This document shows positions 32,220 to 42,139 of a stretch of 64,000 nucleotides of DNA, piece by piece. Made by a program: the position numbers and the translations under genes. Origin of the DNA: Anaeromyxobacteraceae bacterium (GTDB taxonomy: Bacteria; Myxococcota; Myxococcia; Myxococcales; Anaeromyxobacteraceae); the NCBI GenBank assembly GCA_047602405.1, contig JASGHJ010000001.1, forward strand, positions 1,920,001 to 1,984,000, written 5' to 3'. Under the pieces are notes generated by a model. That model was not told the DNA's origin and searched no databases. It worked only from the letters and a program-made list of their open reading frames with translations. How positions within the stretch are numbered: position 1 is the first letter of the stretch; each line of letters starts with the position of its first letter.

Positions 32220-33206
32220 TACTTGCCCTCCCCGTGGGCTTCCTTGTCGCTGTTCTTCTTGATGACGAACGCGAGGCCCGCGTACAGCGCGATGGGCGTG
32301 ATGCCGTACAGGTACGGCGCGTGGGAGACGCCCTCGGAGAAGGCGCCGCTCGACTTCGCCGGCAGCTCCGGCAGGCCGAGCTGCTTGAAGTTGACGCCCG
32401 TCGGCGCGAGGTAGAGCACCTGGGTGCCGCCGCCCTCGGTCTCGCCGTAGATGTGCGGGTTGTACTTCTTGGGATTCCGCCGCCTGGCGCGCCTTCGCGA
32501 TCGCGAGGAGCTCCTTGCGCGTCCCGTAGATCACCGCCTGGGCCGGGCAGACCTCGCAGCAGGCCGGGTTGGCGACCGCGTACGCGGTCCCCTTCTTCTT
32601 CTCCGGCTCACGGCGGTGGTTGCACAGCTCGCACTTCACGATGAGCGGGATCGGGTCGTCCCACTGGAACTTGGGGACGTTGAACGCGCAGCCGATCTGG
32701 CAGTAACGGCAGCCGACGCAGAGCCCGCGGTCGTAGATCACGATCCCGGTGCCCTTCACCTCGGCGTACGGGCGGTCCTCGTGCTTGAAGAGGTCCCGCT
32801 TGCCGTGACCCTCCTTGTGGAGCGCGCCCATCATGCAGACGGACACGCAGGAGGGATCCACGCAGTGCATGCACTGCTGCTTCATGTAGGCGTGCTGGTC
32901 GCCGTCGACGAAGGCCTTGATGATGTTCTTCGTCGAGCCGTTGAGGTCCTGCGGCGCGTCGTAGACGCCGCCCTCGAAGGCGGCGTCCTTGCCCGCGGGC
33001 GTGACCTTGTCAGGCGGCAGGTTGTTGCTGACCTTGCACGCGGACTGGCAGGCGCGGCAGCCGACGCACTTGGTGGCGTCGAAGAGCATGCCGACGGCAT
33101 CCTCCTCGACCTCGTGCGTGTGCCGGGCCTCCGCGACGACGGGCAGGCTGGCGGCCGCGCCAGCGACCGCCGCTCCCTTCAGGAGGTCTCTCCGTGAGAT
33201 CGACAT
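32219..33206 (-). CDS. hybA: hydrogenase-2 ferredoxin-type subunit, +1 frameshift near 32475
   Basis: Tat signal SRRDLLK; four CxxCxxC-type clusters; IYGETEGGGTQVLYL and a C-terminal TM in the shifted frame. Confidence 0.9.
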
Positions 33207-33209
33207 GGA

Positions 33210-34317
33210 CTACTCCTTCTTGTCGTCCGCCGAGAGCTTCTTGGAGGTCGCGACGCCCATGCCGGCGATCACGCCGACCGCGGCAGCGCCAACGCCCACC
33301 GCGACCGTCGCGGCGCCGTTGCCGAGCACGCCGTGCTCGGGGTTGATGGCCGGGTAGGCCATCGGGGCCGTGGGGTTCGCGATCGGCATGTTGGTGTAGA
33401 TCGGCACGTTGAAGACGATGCCCTGCTCGGTGCAGCCGACGCAGGGGTGGCCGATGCCGATGGGCCACGCGCCGGGCATCTCGCAGAAGTCGAGCAGCGA
33501 GCAGTTGGCGTGGGTCTGGGGGCCCTTGCAGCCGAGCTTGTAGAGGCACCAGCCGGCGCGGTGACCCTCGTCACCGAACGCCTGCGCGAAGCGGCCGTTG
33601 TCGAAGTGGGCGCGGCGCGGGCAGTCGTCGTGGATCACGCGCGCGTACGCGAACGTCGGGCGGCCGAGCTCGTCGAGCTTCGGCAGCGTGCCGAACGTCG
33701 CGAACTGGAGCACGGTGCCGAGCAGGTTGTACGGGTTCGCCGGGCAGCCGGGCAGCGTGACGACCGTCTTGCCCTTCAGGATTTGCGGGGCGCCCGTCGC
33801 GCCGGTCGGGTTCGGCGCCGCGGAGGGCACGCCGCCCCAGGAGGCGCAGGAGCCGATCGCGATGACCGCGGCGGCCTTCTCGGCCACCTTCTTCAGCGTG
33901 TCGACGGCCTTCTTGCCGCCGACCTGGCAGTAGATGCCGCCGTCCTTCTCCGGGATGGCGCCCTCGACGATGAGGACGAAGCCACCCTTCTCCATCGCGG
34001 CCTCGAGGTTGGCCTCGATTCTGGTGGCCGGCCGCCGCGTGCAGCGTCTCGTGGTAGTCGACCGAGACGAGGTCGAGCACGAGCGAGCCCACGTCGGGGT
34101 GCGCGGTACGGAGCAGCGACTCCGTGCAGCCCGTGCACTCCTGGAAGTGCAGCCAGACGACCGAGGGCTTCTTACCCTTGGCCACATTCTCCGCCATCTT
34201 CTCGCCTGCCCAAGCGGGGAGGCCGACGGCGGCTGCTGCGGTGGTGCACACCTTGATGAAGTCTCGGCGGGAGACGCCCTTGGTCTCCAGCTCGGGGATC
34301 ACGGCAATAGGGTCCAT
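33210..34317 (-). CDS. hybO: [NiFe]-hydrogenase small subunit, +1 frameshift near 34019
   Basis: Tat signal SRRDFIK; ECTGCTES, GSCASWGG, PGCP, HDDCPRR and CLYKLGCKGP motifs; C-terminal TM. Confidence 0.93.
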
Positions 34318-34478
34318 TCCGTCCTCCGGGTGCGCGGAGACTACCGGGTCGAGTTCAAATTGCAACGCCGCAAAATTCGGGAATTTTTCGGCTCCCGGAG
34401 GACGCAAAGTCTTCGCGCGACACTCTGTCGCAGCAAACCCCGGGTGCATGAGCGAGCGCCTCGCACATCCGGATTTCG

Positions 34479-34492
34479 TTGATCACGGTCAA
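34479..34492. promoter_or_regulatory. FNR-like box upstream of hybO
   Basis: TTGAT-CACG-GTCAA (9/10 to consensus) in an AT-richer intergenic region. Confidence 0.65.
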
Positions 34493-34780
34493 GCACACCA
34501 ATGACGGCGCGCAAGAATCGGCACATCGTGGACCGGACGGGCCAATATTGACCCTTCGCGTCCGCAACATTTTTGCGTCACCCCGGATGGGCAGAAAATT
34601 CGACCCTGCGCCCGCGGCGCGAGGCGCGAGGCGCGATCACGCACCGGCTCGCACCCACCGCACGGGTCAGCCCGCACGGCGGTCCCGGGCGCGCGACGAC
34701 CGACGCACCGTCGAGATTCTCAGTCAGTGAACGAGGGGACAGCGCTGCGCGCGTCCCGCGCCCGCGCTACACCGTGGGCC

Positions 34781-36427
34781 ATGCTCACCCTCCTCGCCGC
34801 CCTCGCGGTCTTCGCCGCGCCGCTCCCCGGTCGCGCCGCGCTCGAGCGCGGCGCCGCGCGCTTCGCCCCCGTGGACCTCGCCGTCGACCTCCGCGCGCTG
34901 CCGCCCGGCGAGCGCGCCGCGCTCGCGAAGCTCGTGCTCGCGGGCCGCGAGCTCGACGCGCTCTACCTGCGGCAGGCCTGGGCCGGAAACCCCGGGCTCG
35001 TGCGCGCGCTCGCCGGCGACGCGAGCCCGCTCGGCCGCGCGCGGCTCGCCGCGTTCCTGCGCAGCCAGGGCCCCTGGGACGCGCTCGACGGCACGCCGCT
35101 CGTGCCGGGCGTGCCCCCCGCGCGGCCGCCCGAGGCGAGCTACTACCCGGCCGGCGCGACGCGCGAGGAGGTGGACCGCTGGCTCGCCACGCTCGAGCCC
35201 GCCGCGCGGGAGGAGGCGATGGGCTTCTTCACGGTGCTGCGCCGAACGCCCGCGGGCGGGATCGCGGTCGTGCCGTACGCGGTCGAGTACCAGCCCGAGC
35301 TCGCCCGCGCCGCCGCGCTGCTCCGCGAGGCCGCCGCGCTCACCGGGGACGCGAAGCTGCGCCGGTTCCTCGAGGCGCGCGCCGCCGCGTTCCTCTCGAA
35401 CGACTACCAGGCCTCCGACGTGGCCTGGATGGAGCTCGACGGCGCGGTCGACCCGACCATCGGGCCCTACGAGACCTACGCCGACGGCTGGTTCGGCGCC
35501 AAGGCGGCGTTCGAGGCCTTCATCGCGGTGCGCGACGACGCCGAGACCGCGAAGCTCGCCCGCTTCGCCGCGGAGCTGCAGGGCATCGAGGACGCGCTGC
35601 CCATCGACGCGGCGCTCAAGAACCCGAAGCTCGGCGCGATGGCGCCGATCCGCGTGGTGAACGAGCTCTCCTGCCACGGCGAGGCGTCCGGCGGCGTGCA
35701 GACCGCCGCCTACAACCTCCCGAACGACGACCGCATCGTGAAGGAGAAGGGCGCGAAGCGGGTGATGCTGAAGAACGTCCAGCGCGCGAAGTACGACGCC
35801 GTGCTCGTGCCCATCGCGAAGGTCGCGCTCTCGCCCACCGACCGCGCGAACCTCGCCTTCGATCCCTTCTTCACGCACATCCTGATGCACGAGCTCGTGC
35901 ACGGCCTCGGGCCGAACGCGATCGTCCTCGGCGGCCGCGCCACCACCGTGCGCGCGGAGCTGCAGGATCTCTACGGCACGCTCGAGGAGGCGAAGGCCGA
36001 CGTGGGCGGCCTCTTCGCGCTCGCGAAGCTCGCCGACGAGGGAAAGCTCGACCCGTCCTACGCGCGGACGCTCTGGCCGACCTACGTCGCCGGGATGTTC
36101 CGCACGCTGCGCTTCGGCACCGGCGACGCGCACGCGCGCGGGATGGCGCTCCAGATGAGCTGGTTCGAGGACGCCGGCGCGATCCGCGCCCGGCCCGACG
36201 GCACGTTCGCGGTGGACGCCGCGAAGGCGCGCGCCGCCGCGACGTCGCTCACCCGGGAGATCATGACCATCCAGGGCAGGGGGGACCGCGCCGCCGCGAA
36301 GGCGCTGCTCCAGAAGCACGCCGCGATCCGCCCCGAGGTGAAGCGCGTGCTCGACCGGCTCGGGGGCGTCCCGGTGGACGTCGCCCCGCGCTTCGTGACC
36401 GCGGACGCGCTCCTCGCGGCGCCCTGA
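34781..36427 (+). CDS. peptidase M49-like (dipeptidyl-peptidase III-type) zinc peptidase
   Basis: IGPYETY, AYNLPND, HELVH and EEAKAD motifs; signal peptide. Confidence 0.85.
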   Translation: MLTLLAALAVFAAPLPGRAALERGAARFAPVDLAVDLRALPPGERAALAKLVLAGRELDALYLRQAWAGNPGLVRALAGDASPLGRARLAAFLRSQGPWDALDGTPLVPGVPPARPPEASYYPAGATREEVDRWLATLEPAAREEAMGFFTVLRRTPAGGIAVVPYAVEYQPELARAAALLREAAALTGDAKLRRFLEARAAAFLSNDYQASDVAWMELDGAVDPTIGPYETYADGWFGAKAAFEAFIAVRDDAETAKLARFAAELQGIEDALPIDAALKNPKLGAMAPIRVVNELSCHGEASGGVQTAAYNLPNDDRIVKEKGAKRVMLKNVQRAKYDAVLVPIAKVALSPTDRANLAFDPFFTHILMHELVHGLGPNAIVLGGRATTVRAELQDLYGTLEEAKADVGGLFALAKLADEGKLDPSYARTLWPTYVAGMFRTLRFGTGDAHARGMALQMSWFEDAGAIRARPDGTFAVDAAKARAAATSLTREIMTIQGRGDRAAAKALLQKHAAIRPEVKRVLDRLGGVPVDVAPRFVTADALLAAP

Positions 36428-36552
36428 CCCGCGGGCCGGGCGCCGGGACCCTGCGGGCGAGGCCCCGGCGGGACGCCCCTCGTCTCCGGCCCGCTGCGCG
36501 GCCCCAAGCTCCCGGCCCACGGGGTGGAAACCGGGAGGCACCCCGGCTAGGC

Positions 36553-36566
36553 TTGATCGCCGTCAA
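36553..36566. promoter_or_regulatory. FNR-like box upstream of hemerythrin
   Basis: TTGAT-CGCC-GTCAA. Confidence 0.6.
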
Positions 36567-36590
36567 GTCGACGGCCCTCGAGGAGAAACC

Positions 36591-36995
36591 ATGGCGAACG
36601 GGCAGCCCAGCGGGCGCGATCTCTCGGTCGGGAACGACGTCGTCGACGGAGAGCACGGCGTCCAGGTGCAGCTCGTGGACGCCCTGCAGGCCGCGCTCTC
36701 CGGCGGCAGCGACCGCGCCGCCGCGGGCGAGCTCCTCGACCGCCTCCTCGTCTTCAGCGACATGCACTTCGGGAGCGAGGAGCTCCTGATGCGCCTCCAC
36801 TCCTACCCGCGCTACCGCGTGCACGTCGACGAGCACCACCGCCTGCTCGACACCCTCCGCGAGCTCGGCGGCCGCATCGGCCGCGGCGACGGCGCGGGGC
36901 CGCTCGTCGAGGACCTCCGCCGCTGGCTCGTCGGGCACATCACGGGCATGGACCGCGACTTCGCGAACCACGCCCGGGAGTTCCCGGGGGCGTGA
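36591..36995 (+). CDS. bacteriohemerythrin
   Basis: Full ligand set: DGEH, HFGSEE, HVDEH, HITGMD. Confidence 0.9.
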   Translation: MANGQPSGRDLSVGNDVVDGEHGVQVQLVDALQAALSGGSDRAAAGELLDRLLVFSDMHFGSEELLMRLHSYPRYRVHVDEHHRLLDTLRELGGRIGRGDGAGPLVEDLRRWLVGHITGMDRDFANHAREFPGA

Positions 36996-37042
36996 GGTCC
37001 TCGCGCCAGTCGGTGTCCCGGTGACCGCTCTGCCTGCAAGAA

Positions 37043-37095
37043 CCGCTCGTCCTGAGCGTAGGCCTGCCGCAGGCAGGCCGTAGTCGAAGGACGAG
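37043..37095. repeat. REP-like palindromic unit
   Basis: CCGCTCGTCCTGAGCGTA-GGCCTGCC-GCA-GGCAGGCC-GTAGTCGAAGGACGAG. Confidence 0.75.
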
Positions 37096-37172
37096 CCCCC
37101 GTCGGCAGACGTCACCCTGGGGGCTCGACGCGCCCCCGCGACGCCGGCCGGCTGCGTCGGTCCGTGTATGGT

Positions 37173-37830
37173 GCAGACGCCCGGAACCGGGGCCGCTGCG
37201 ATCGTTCGGGCCGCGGCAGGCCTGCGGTTGAGTTGCGGGTGACGGCACAGCGCGCTTCGCGCGCCATGCCGTCACCCGCCCACATCCCTTGGCCTGCAAT
37301 CGCTAGGATCCTGGAGACGTGGAGAGCCCGACCTCCGCCGGCCGGCGCTGCGGGGGCACGTCTCGCCTCCGGGGCGTGGCGGACTGCGGTCGGCCGATGG
37401 TGCTGGGTGGCGAGTGATTGACTGATGGTGGAGAAGCTGCGGCGGGTGATGGATGCTGCAGATGAACGCGCAGCAGGTCGCCCAACGCCAACGCCACCCG
37501 GTCGGTCGCTGTGCGCAACACCACTCCATTAGTCGTTCATCAGCACCCGGCATCAACGGCCGACCGCAGGGCGCTACCCCCGAGAGCCAAACGGGCCTCC
37601 GCAGCAGCGCGCAGCGAGCGACGGGCGAGGTACCGTCTCCACGTCTCGCATTGCAGGCCAAGGAACCATCGCGCGAGGACGGCGCCGTGCGCGCAGCGCA
37701 CGACGCCGTCACGCGCACATGGTCCGCAGGCCTGCTGCACGATCACCGCCGTGGAACGGCAACGGTTCCGGCGATCTGTTCCGTCTCAAACCCGTCCGAG
37801 CAAGCGCTGTCGCGGAGGCCCGTTTGGCTC
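37173..37830. other. long nested imperfect palindrome (candidate structured ncRNA or non-autonomous element)
   Basis: At least six nested long-range complementary blocks and two internal hairpins; no credible ORF. Confidence 0.7.
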
Positions 37831-37846
37831 CCGCGGATACAGCTGC

Positions 37847-40800
37847 CTACGGCTTGCCGGACTTCTTCGGAGCAGGAGCAGTAACCGGTGCAGTAGCCGG
37901 TGCAGGTGCAGGAGCCGGTGCAGCGGTCGGTGCTGCCGACGCGGGAGGGAGCTTCGCGAGGCGGCGCTGCGCGAGGACGTGGGCGTCGGTCGGATCCGGG
38001 GCGCCGTCGACGGGCTCCGCCTGGACGCGGGCGTAGATGGCGCGGGCGGCGTCGGTGAGGCCGAAGCCCTCGGCGGTGCGGCCCACGACGTACCAGTCGG
38101 CGCCCTGCAGCGGGCGGGTGGGGCCGACCGAGCGGAGGAAGATCTCGCGGGCCTCGGCCGGGCGATCGAGCTCGGCGTAGACCGCGGCGAGCGTGTTGAG
38201 CGAGGCGTGGTTGTCGCGGCCGCGCTCCTGATCCACGGCGCGGCGGGCCCAGTCGAGGGCGGCGGGGGTGGCGCCGCCGCGGAAGAGCTCGAGCCAGGCG
38301 GCGTTGTTGTAGGCGAGCGGGGTCGCCTGGCCCGAGTCGATGAGCTGCCGCCACGTCGCGGCGGCGCCGTCGAGGTCGCCGGCCAGCAGCTGGGAGGCGC
38401 CCAGCGCGGAGAGGACCTCGGCGTCGCCCGGGAGGCGGGCGAGCATCGCCTGGCCCGCCTTCGCGAGGTCGGCGGGGCGCTTCAGGCGCTGGAGCGCCCA
38501 GGCCTTCGCCGCGAACGCGCTCCGCAGCGACGGATCCTCGGCGAGCAGCGCCTCGGCGGTGGAGAGCACGAGCTCCGCCTTGTCGGCGCTGCGCGCGGCG
38601 CGCACGAGGGCGAGCGCCACCGCGCGGCGCTCCGGGCCCGCGGGGGCCTTCGCGAGGAAGCCCTCGAGCGCCGGGATCGTGGCGCCCTTGCGGTCGGCGA
38701 AGGCGAGGAGCGCGCTCGCGGCGCGGCGGACCGCGTCGGCGTCGGGCGCGTCGCCGGCGAGCGGGCGCCAGAGCGGGGCGAGGATCGAGGTGGGCGAGGC
38801 GGGATCGGGATCGGGGCCCGCGTCCTCGCGGGCCCAGGTCACGAGGCGCGCGGCGGTGGCGAGGTCGCCCGCCTTCGCGCGCAGGAGCGCCTCGTCGGCG
38901 AGGATGGGCCAGGCGAGGTCGGTCGCGAGGAGCCGCACCTGCCCGCCCTCGCGCACGAGGTACGCGGTGGAGCCGCGCTCCGCGGGGGTGAACGGGAAGC
39001 GCATCCGGACCCGCAGGACCTTCGCGAGGTCGCCGTCGCGGGAGAGCTCGAGCCGCGAGAGGACGAGGTCGAGGAGCGCGTCCTTCGGCATGCCGGTCTC
39101 GTGCAGCGTCTGCTGCGCCGAGGCGACCGGCACGGGCAGGTTGGCGCGCAGGACGTCGGCGAGGTCGGAGGCGAGCACGCGCGGCGAGAGCAGGGGCGCG
39201 ATGGCCTTCATCGGCTGGTGCTCGGTGAGCGCCACGACGAAGAGCCGCTTCGCGAGCCTCTCCGCCTCGTCGCCCGCGTCGCGGGTCTTCTCCCACGGGC
39301 GGATCTTCGAGAAGTCGTCGGCCTGGGCGCGCAGCTCCGCGGCGTTCGGCGCGCCGCGGGCGGCCTCGCGCAGCAGCGCCGCCGCGACGTCGAAGCGGCG
39401 CAGCCGCACGAGCCACGGCGCGGCGCCGCGCAGCGCCTCGCGCCGGTCCTCGCCGAGCCCCTCCGCCTCCGCGGCGGCGCGCTCGGCGCCGTCGGAGGCC
39501 GCCACCGCCGCGACCAGCACCGCGTTCCGCTCGGCGCCGGCCTTCACGTCGCGGGCGAGCGCCCGCGCGTCGGCGAACCGGCCGGCCGAGAGGTCGGCGG
39601 CGGCGAAGGCCACGTCGGAGTCCTTGAAGGAGAGGTCGTCGCGCAGGGCGCGGTACTCCTCGAGGGCCGCCGGGAGGTCGGCGCTCGGGCCGTGGCGGGT
39701 GCCGTCGGCGCCGGTGGCGAGCAGCTCGGCGAGCGCGGCGCGGCCGCCCGCGTGGCTCGGGTCGAGCGTCCTCGCCTGCCGGTAGGCCGCGATCGCGCCG
39801 TCGCGATCGAAGCCCGGACCGTGGAGGCGGCCGACGGCGTCGTGCTCGAGCACGTAGCCGAGCACCCGGTGCGCCCACGCGCGCCGGGGTTCGAGCGCGA
39901 TCGCGTCGCGCGCGGCCAGCAGCGCCGCGTCGCCCATCCCGAGCTGCAGGAGGGCGACCGAGAGGTGCAGGCGGTGGGCGGCCTCGCGCGGGTGCGCGGC
40001 CGAGAGGCGCTTCAGCTCGGCGAGCCCCTCCTGGACCTGGCCCGCGGCGAGCAGCGCCGCGGCCGTCCGCTCGAGCTTCACCCGTGGGCCGTCGCCCGCG
40101 ACGACCTCGCGCGCGCGCTTCAGGAGCGCGGTCGCGTCCGCCGCCGGGAGGCGCCGCGCGCCGGTGTCGAACGAGAAGGTCGCGGTGATGGTGCCGTCGG
40201 CCTCCACCGCGAAGCGCCGGGTGTAGGTCGCGGGGCCGAACCGCTCGGTCCCCGACTCGGGCAGCGGCCGCGGCCGGAAGCCGTCGGGCGGGAACACCCG
40301 GTACCGGACCTCCCAGCGGTAGGCGAGGGGCAGGAGCAGGTCGGTCTTGCGGGGCGGAGGCGGGGGCGCGTCGGCGGCCTCGCCGTGCGGCACGACCGAG
40401 AGCAGCGGCTGGAAGATCGAGTCGGGCGTGACCGGCAGATCGGCCTCGTCGTCCTCGGTGAGGACCGCGGCGCTCTCGTCGGCCTCGACGCGGACCACGA
40501 GCGGGGCGGCGGGCTCGTCGGCCCCCTTCACGTCGGCGCCGAGGAAGGTCTCCGCCCGGAAGACGCCGAGCGCGTAGCGCTGGTCGACGTCCGGCCCGGC
40601 CTCGCCGCGGAAGCGCCGCTCGCCGTCGGCGAGGGCGCCGGTGAGGGTGCGGGTCTCGACGATGCGGCCGCGGCCGACGGTGGCGAGGTGGAGCTCCCGC
40701 ACGGTGACGGCGGCGTTGTCGGCCGACGTCGAGACCGGCGTCCGCGCGAGCTCCTTCGTGCCGGGCGCCGCGACGAGGGCGAGCTTCCCCTGGATCGGCG

Positions 40801-42031
40801 GCGGCAGCCGGCCGGGCGGCGTGGAGGGGTCGGTCGCGTCGAGCCAGAGGGCCGGGCCGCCGTCGACGCGCACGACCACGTGGTCGAGCTCGCCGAGACC
40901 CGGGAGCTCGGCGGTGAGGTCGTGCCACTCGGTGGAGAGGAGCGCGAGCCGCGCCTGCAGCCCGGCCGCGCGGAGCATGCCGAGCACGAGCAACGAGAGG
41001 TCCTTGCAGTCGCCGAACCGCCGCGCGAGCGTATCGGCCGGCCGCGCGGGCACGATCGCGGCGTCGCCGAGCTCGAGCCCGGTGTAGCGCGCGTGCTGCC
41101 AGACCCACGCCGCGACCTTGCGCACGATCGCGTCCCGGTCCTTCGCCGGATCGGGGCGGGGGCCGGGCCCGAGCGCCTCGGCGAGCGGCCCCGCGAGGTC
41201 GGCGCCGGCGAGCTGCCGGTCCGCGAGCGCGCCGTAGCGCTCGGCGACGTCCGCCCACGAGCGCCCCCAGCCGAAGGCGACGTACGGGGACGGGGGCAGC
41301 TCGGGCGGCCCCGCGGGCTCGGGGCGCGTCGCGCCCTGCACGTCGCGCTGCTCGAAGGCGAGGGTGCGCAGGCCGTTCGTGGTCTTCTCGACCGGGGTGA
41401 GCTTCGTGCCCTTCGCGACCCAGCGGAGCGGCAGCGAGGCGGGCGCCTCGAGGCGGAGCCGCACGAGCCGCGCGGGCCCGCCGCGCCCGAGCCAGAAGCG
41501 GGTCGTGACCCCGCCCTCGAACGCGGGCCCGGTGTCGCGCACGCTCGTCACCTCCTCGATGACGGAGCCCGCCCGCACGCCGGGGAGCGGGCCGACGAGC
41601 GCGCGGCGGTCGGAGAAGCGGTCCGGGTCGTCACCGCCGATGCCCTGCTCGGTCAGCGTCGCGGGGTCGAGCGCGGCGGCCTCGCCCTTCGGGGAGATCA
41701 CCCGCACGCGGACGTCGGGGGGGGCCTGGTGCCACGGCGACCAGGCCCGCTCGAGGCGCGAGAGGGCTCGGGCGGCCTCGGCGGTGACCACCCTCACGAC
41801 GACACGGTAGGTGAAGGTCTGGGCGCCGTTCGCCTCGAACCGGTAGGTGCCCTCCTCGAGCAGCACCTCCGCGCCCAGGCCCCGCGGGGCCGGGAGCGCC
41901 TCGGCGGCCGCGGCGATCGCGCCCGGGTCGGCCGAGAACGGCTCGCCCTCCCAGGGGCGGCCGGCCGGGGGCGCGGCGGCGAAGGCGGCGAGGGGCAGGG
42001 CGAGGGCGGCGACGGCGAGCGTGCGGATCAC
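37847..42031 (-). CDS. DUF3857 + transglutaminase-like + TPR large secreted protein
   Basis: Signal peptide; GDCKD (Cys), DHVV (His) and LDAT (Asp) triad; TPR motifs such as AYNNAAW and NTLAAVYAE. Confidence 0.88.
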   Translation of the reverse strand: MIRTLAVAALALPLAAFAAAPPAGRPWEGEPFSADPGAIAAAAEALPAPRGLGAEVLLEEGTYRFEANGAQTFTYRVVVRVVTAEAARALSRLERAWSPWHQAPPDVRVRVISPKGEAAALDPATLTEQGIGGDDPDRFSDRRALVGPLPGVRAGSVIEEVTSVRDTGPAFEGGVTTRFWLGRGGPARLVRLRLEAPASLPLRWVAKGTKLTPVEKTTNGLRTLAFEQRDVQGATRPEPAGPPELPPSPYVAFGWGRSWADVAERYGALADRQLAGADLAGPLAEALGPGPRPDPAKDRDAIVRKVAAWVWQHARYTGLELGDAAIVPARPADTLARRFGDCKDLSLLVLGMLRAAGLQARLALLSTEWHDLTAELPGLGELDHVVVRVDGGPALWLDATDPSTPPGRLPPPIQGKLALVAAPGTKELARTPVSTSADNAAVTVRELHLATVGRGRIVETRTLTGALADGERRFRGEAGPDVDQRYALGVFRAETFLGADVKGADEPAAPLVVRVEADESAAVLTEDDEADLPVTPDSIFQPLLSVVPHGEAADAPPPPPRKTDLLLPLAYRWEVRYRVFPPDGFRPRPLPESGTERFGPATYTRRFAVEADGTITATFSFDTGARRLPAADATALLKRAREVVAGDGPRVKLERTAAALLAAGQVQEGLAELKRLSAAHPREAAHRLHLSVALLQLGMGDAALLAARDAIALEPRRAWAHRVLGYVLEHDAVGRLHGPGFDRDGAIAAYRQARTLDPSHAGGRAALAELLATGADGTRHGPSADLPAALEEYRALRDDLSFKDSDVAFAAADLSAGRFADARALARDVKAGAERNAVLVAAVAASDGAERAAAEAEGLGEDRREALRGAAPWLVRLRRFDVAAALLREAARGAPNAAELRAQADDFSKIRPWEKTRDAGDEAERLAKRLFVVALTEHQPMKAIAPLLSPRVLASDLADVLRANLPVPVASAQQTLHETGMPKDALLDLVLSRLELSRDGDLAKVLRVRMRFPFTPAERGSTAYLVREGGQVRLLATDLAWPILADEALLRAKAGDLATAARLVTWAREDAGPDPDPASPTSILAPLWRPLAGDAPDADAVRRAASALLAFADRKGATIPALEGFLAKAPAGPERRAVALALVRAARSADKAELVLSTAEALLAEDPSLRSAFAAKAWALQRLKRPADLAKAGQAMLARLPGDAEVLSALGASQLLAGDLDGAAATWRQLIDSGQATPLAYNNAAWLELFRGGATPAALDWARRAVDQERGRDNHASLNTLAAVYAELDRPAEAREIFLRSVGPTRPLQGADWYVVGRTAEGFGLTDAARAIYARVQAEPVDGAPDPTDAHVLAQRRLAKLPPASAAPTAAPAPAPAPATAPVTAPAPKKSGKP

Positions 42032-42139
42032 GCGCGCATTCTGTCGGGCATCCGCCCCGCGCGCCACCGCCCGGCGCCGGGCGCGGCGCCGAACGGGGCG
42101 GTTGCACGCAGGCCCGGAGCGCGGTAGGGAGCGGCCCCC

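Noticed and set aside
24429..34317. Hydrogenase locus as a decaying pseudogene cluster
   Set aside because: All lesions are single +1 insertions, mostly at GATC, with catalytic motifs intact; artefact is more likely.
34368..34435. c-di-GMP-I riboswitch-like GCAAA...GGACGCAAAG
   Set aside because: No GNRA tetraloop or receptor stem, and it is on the strand opposite hybO.
37272..37884. Short ORFs inside the long palindrome
   Set aside because: No codon bias, RBS or recognisable motif.
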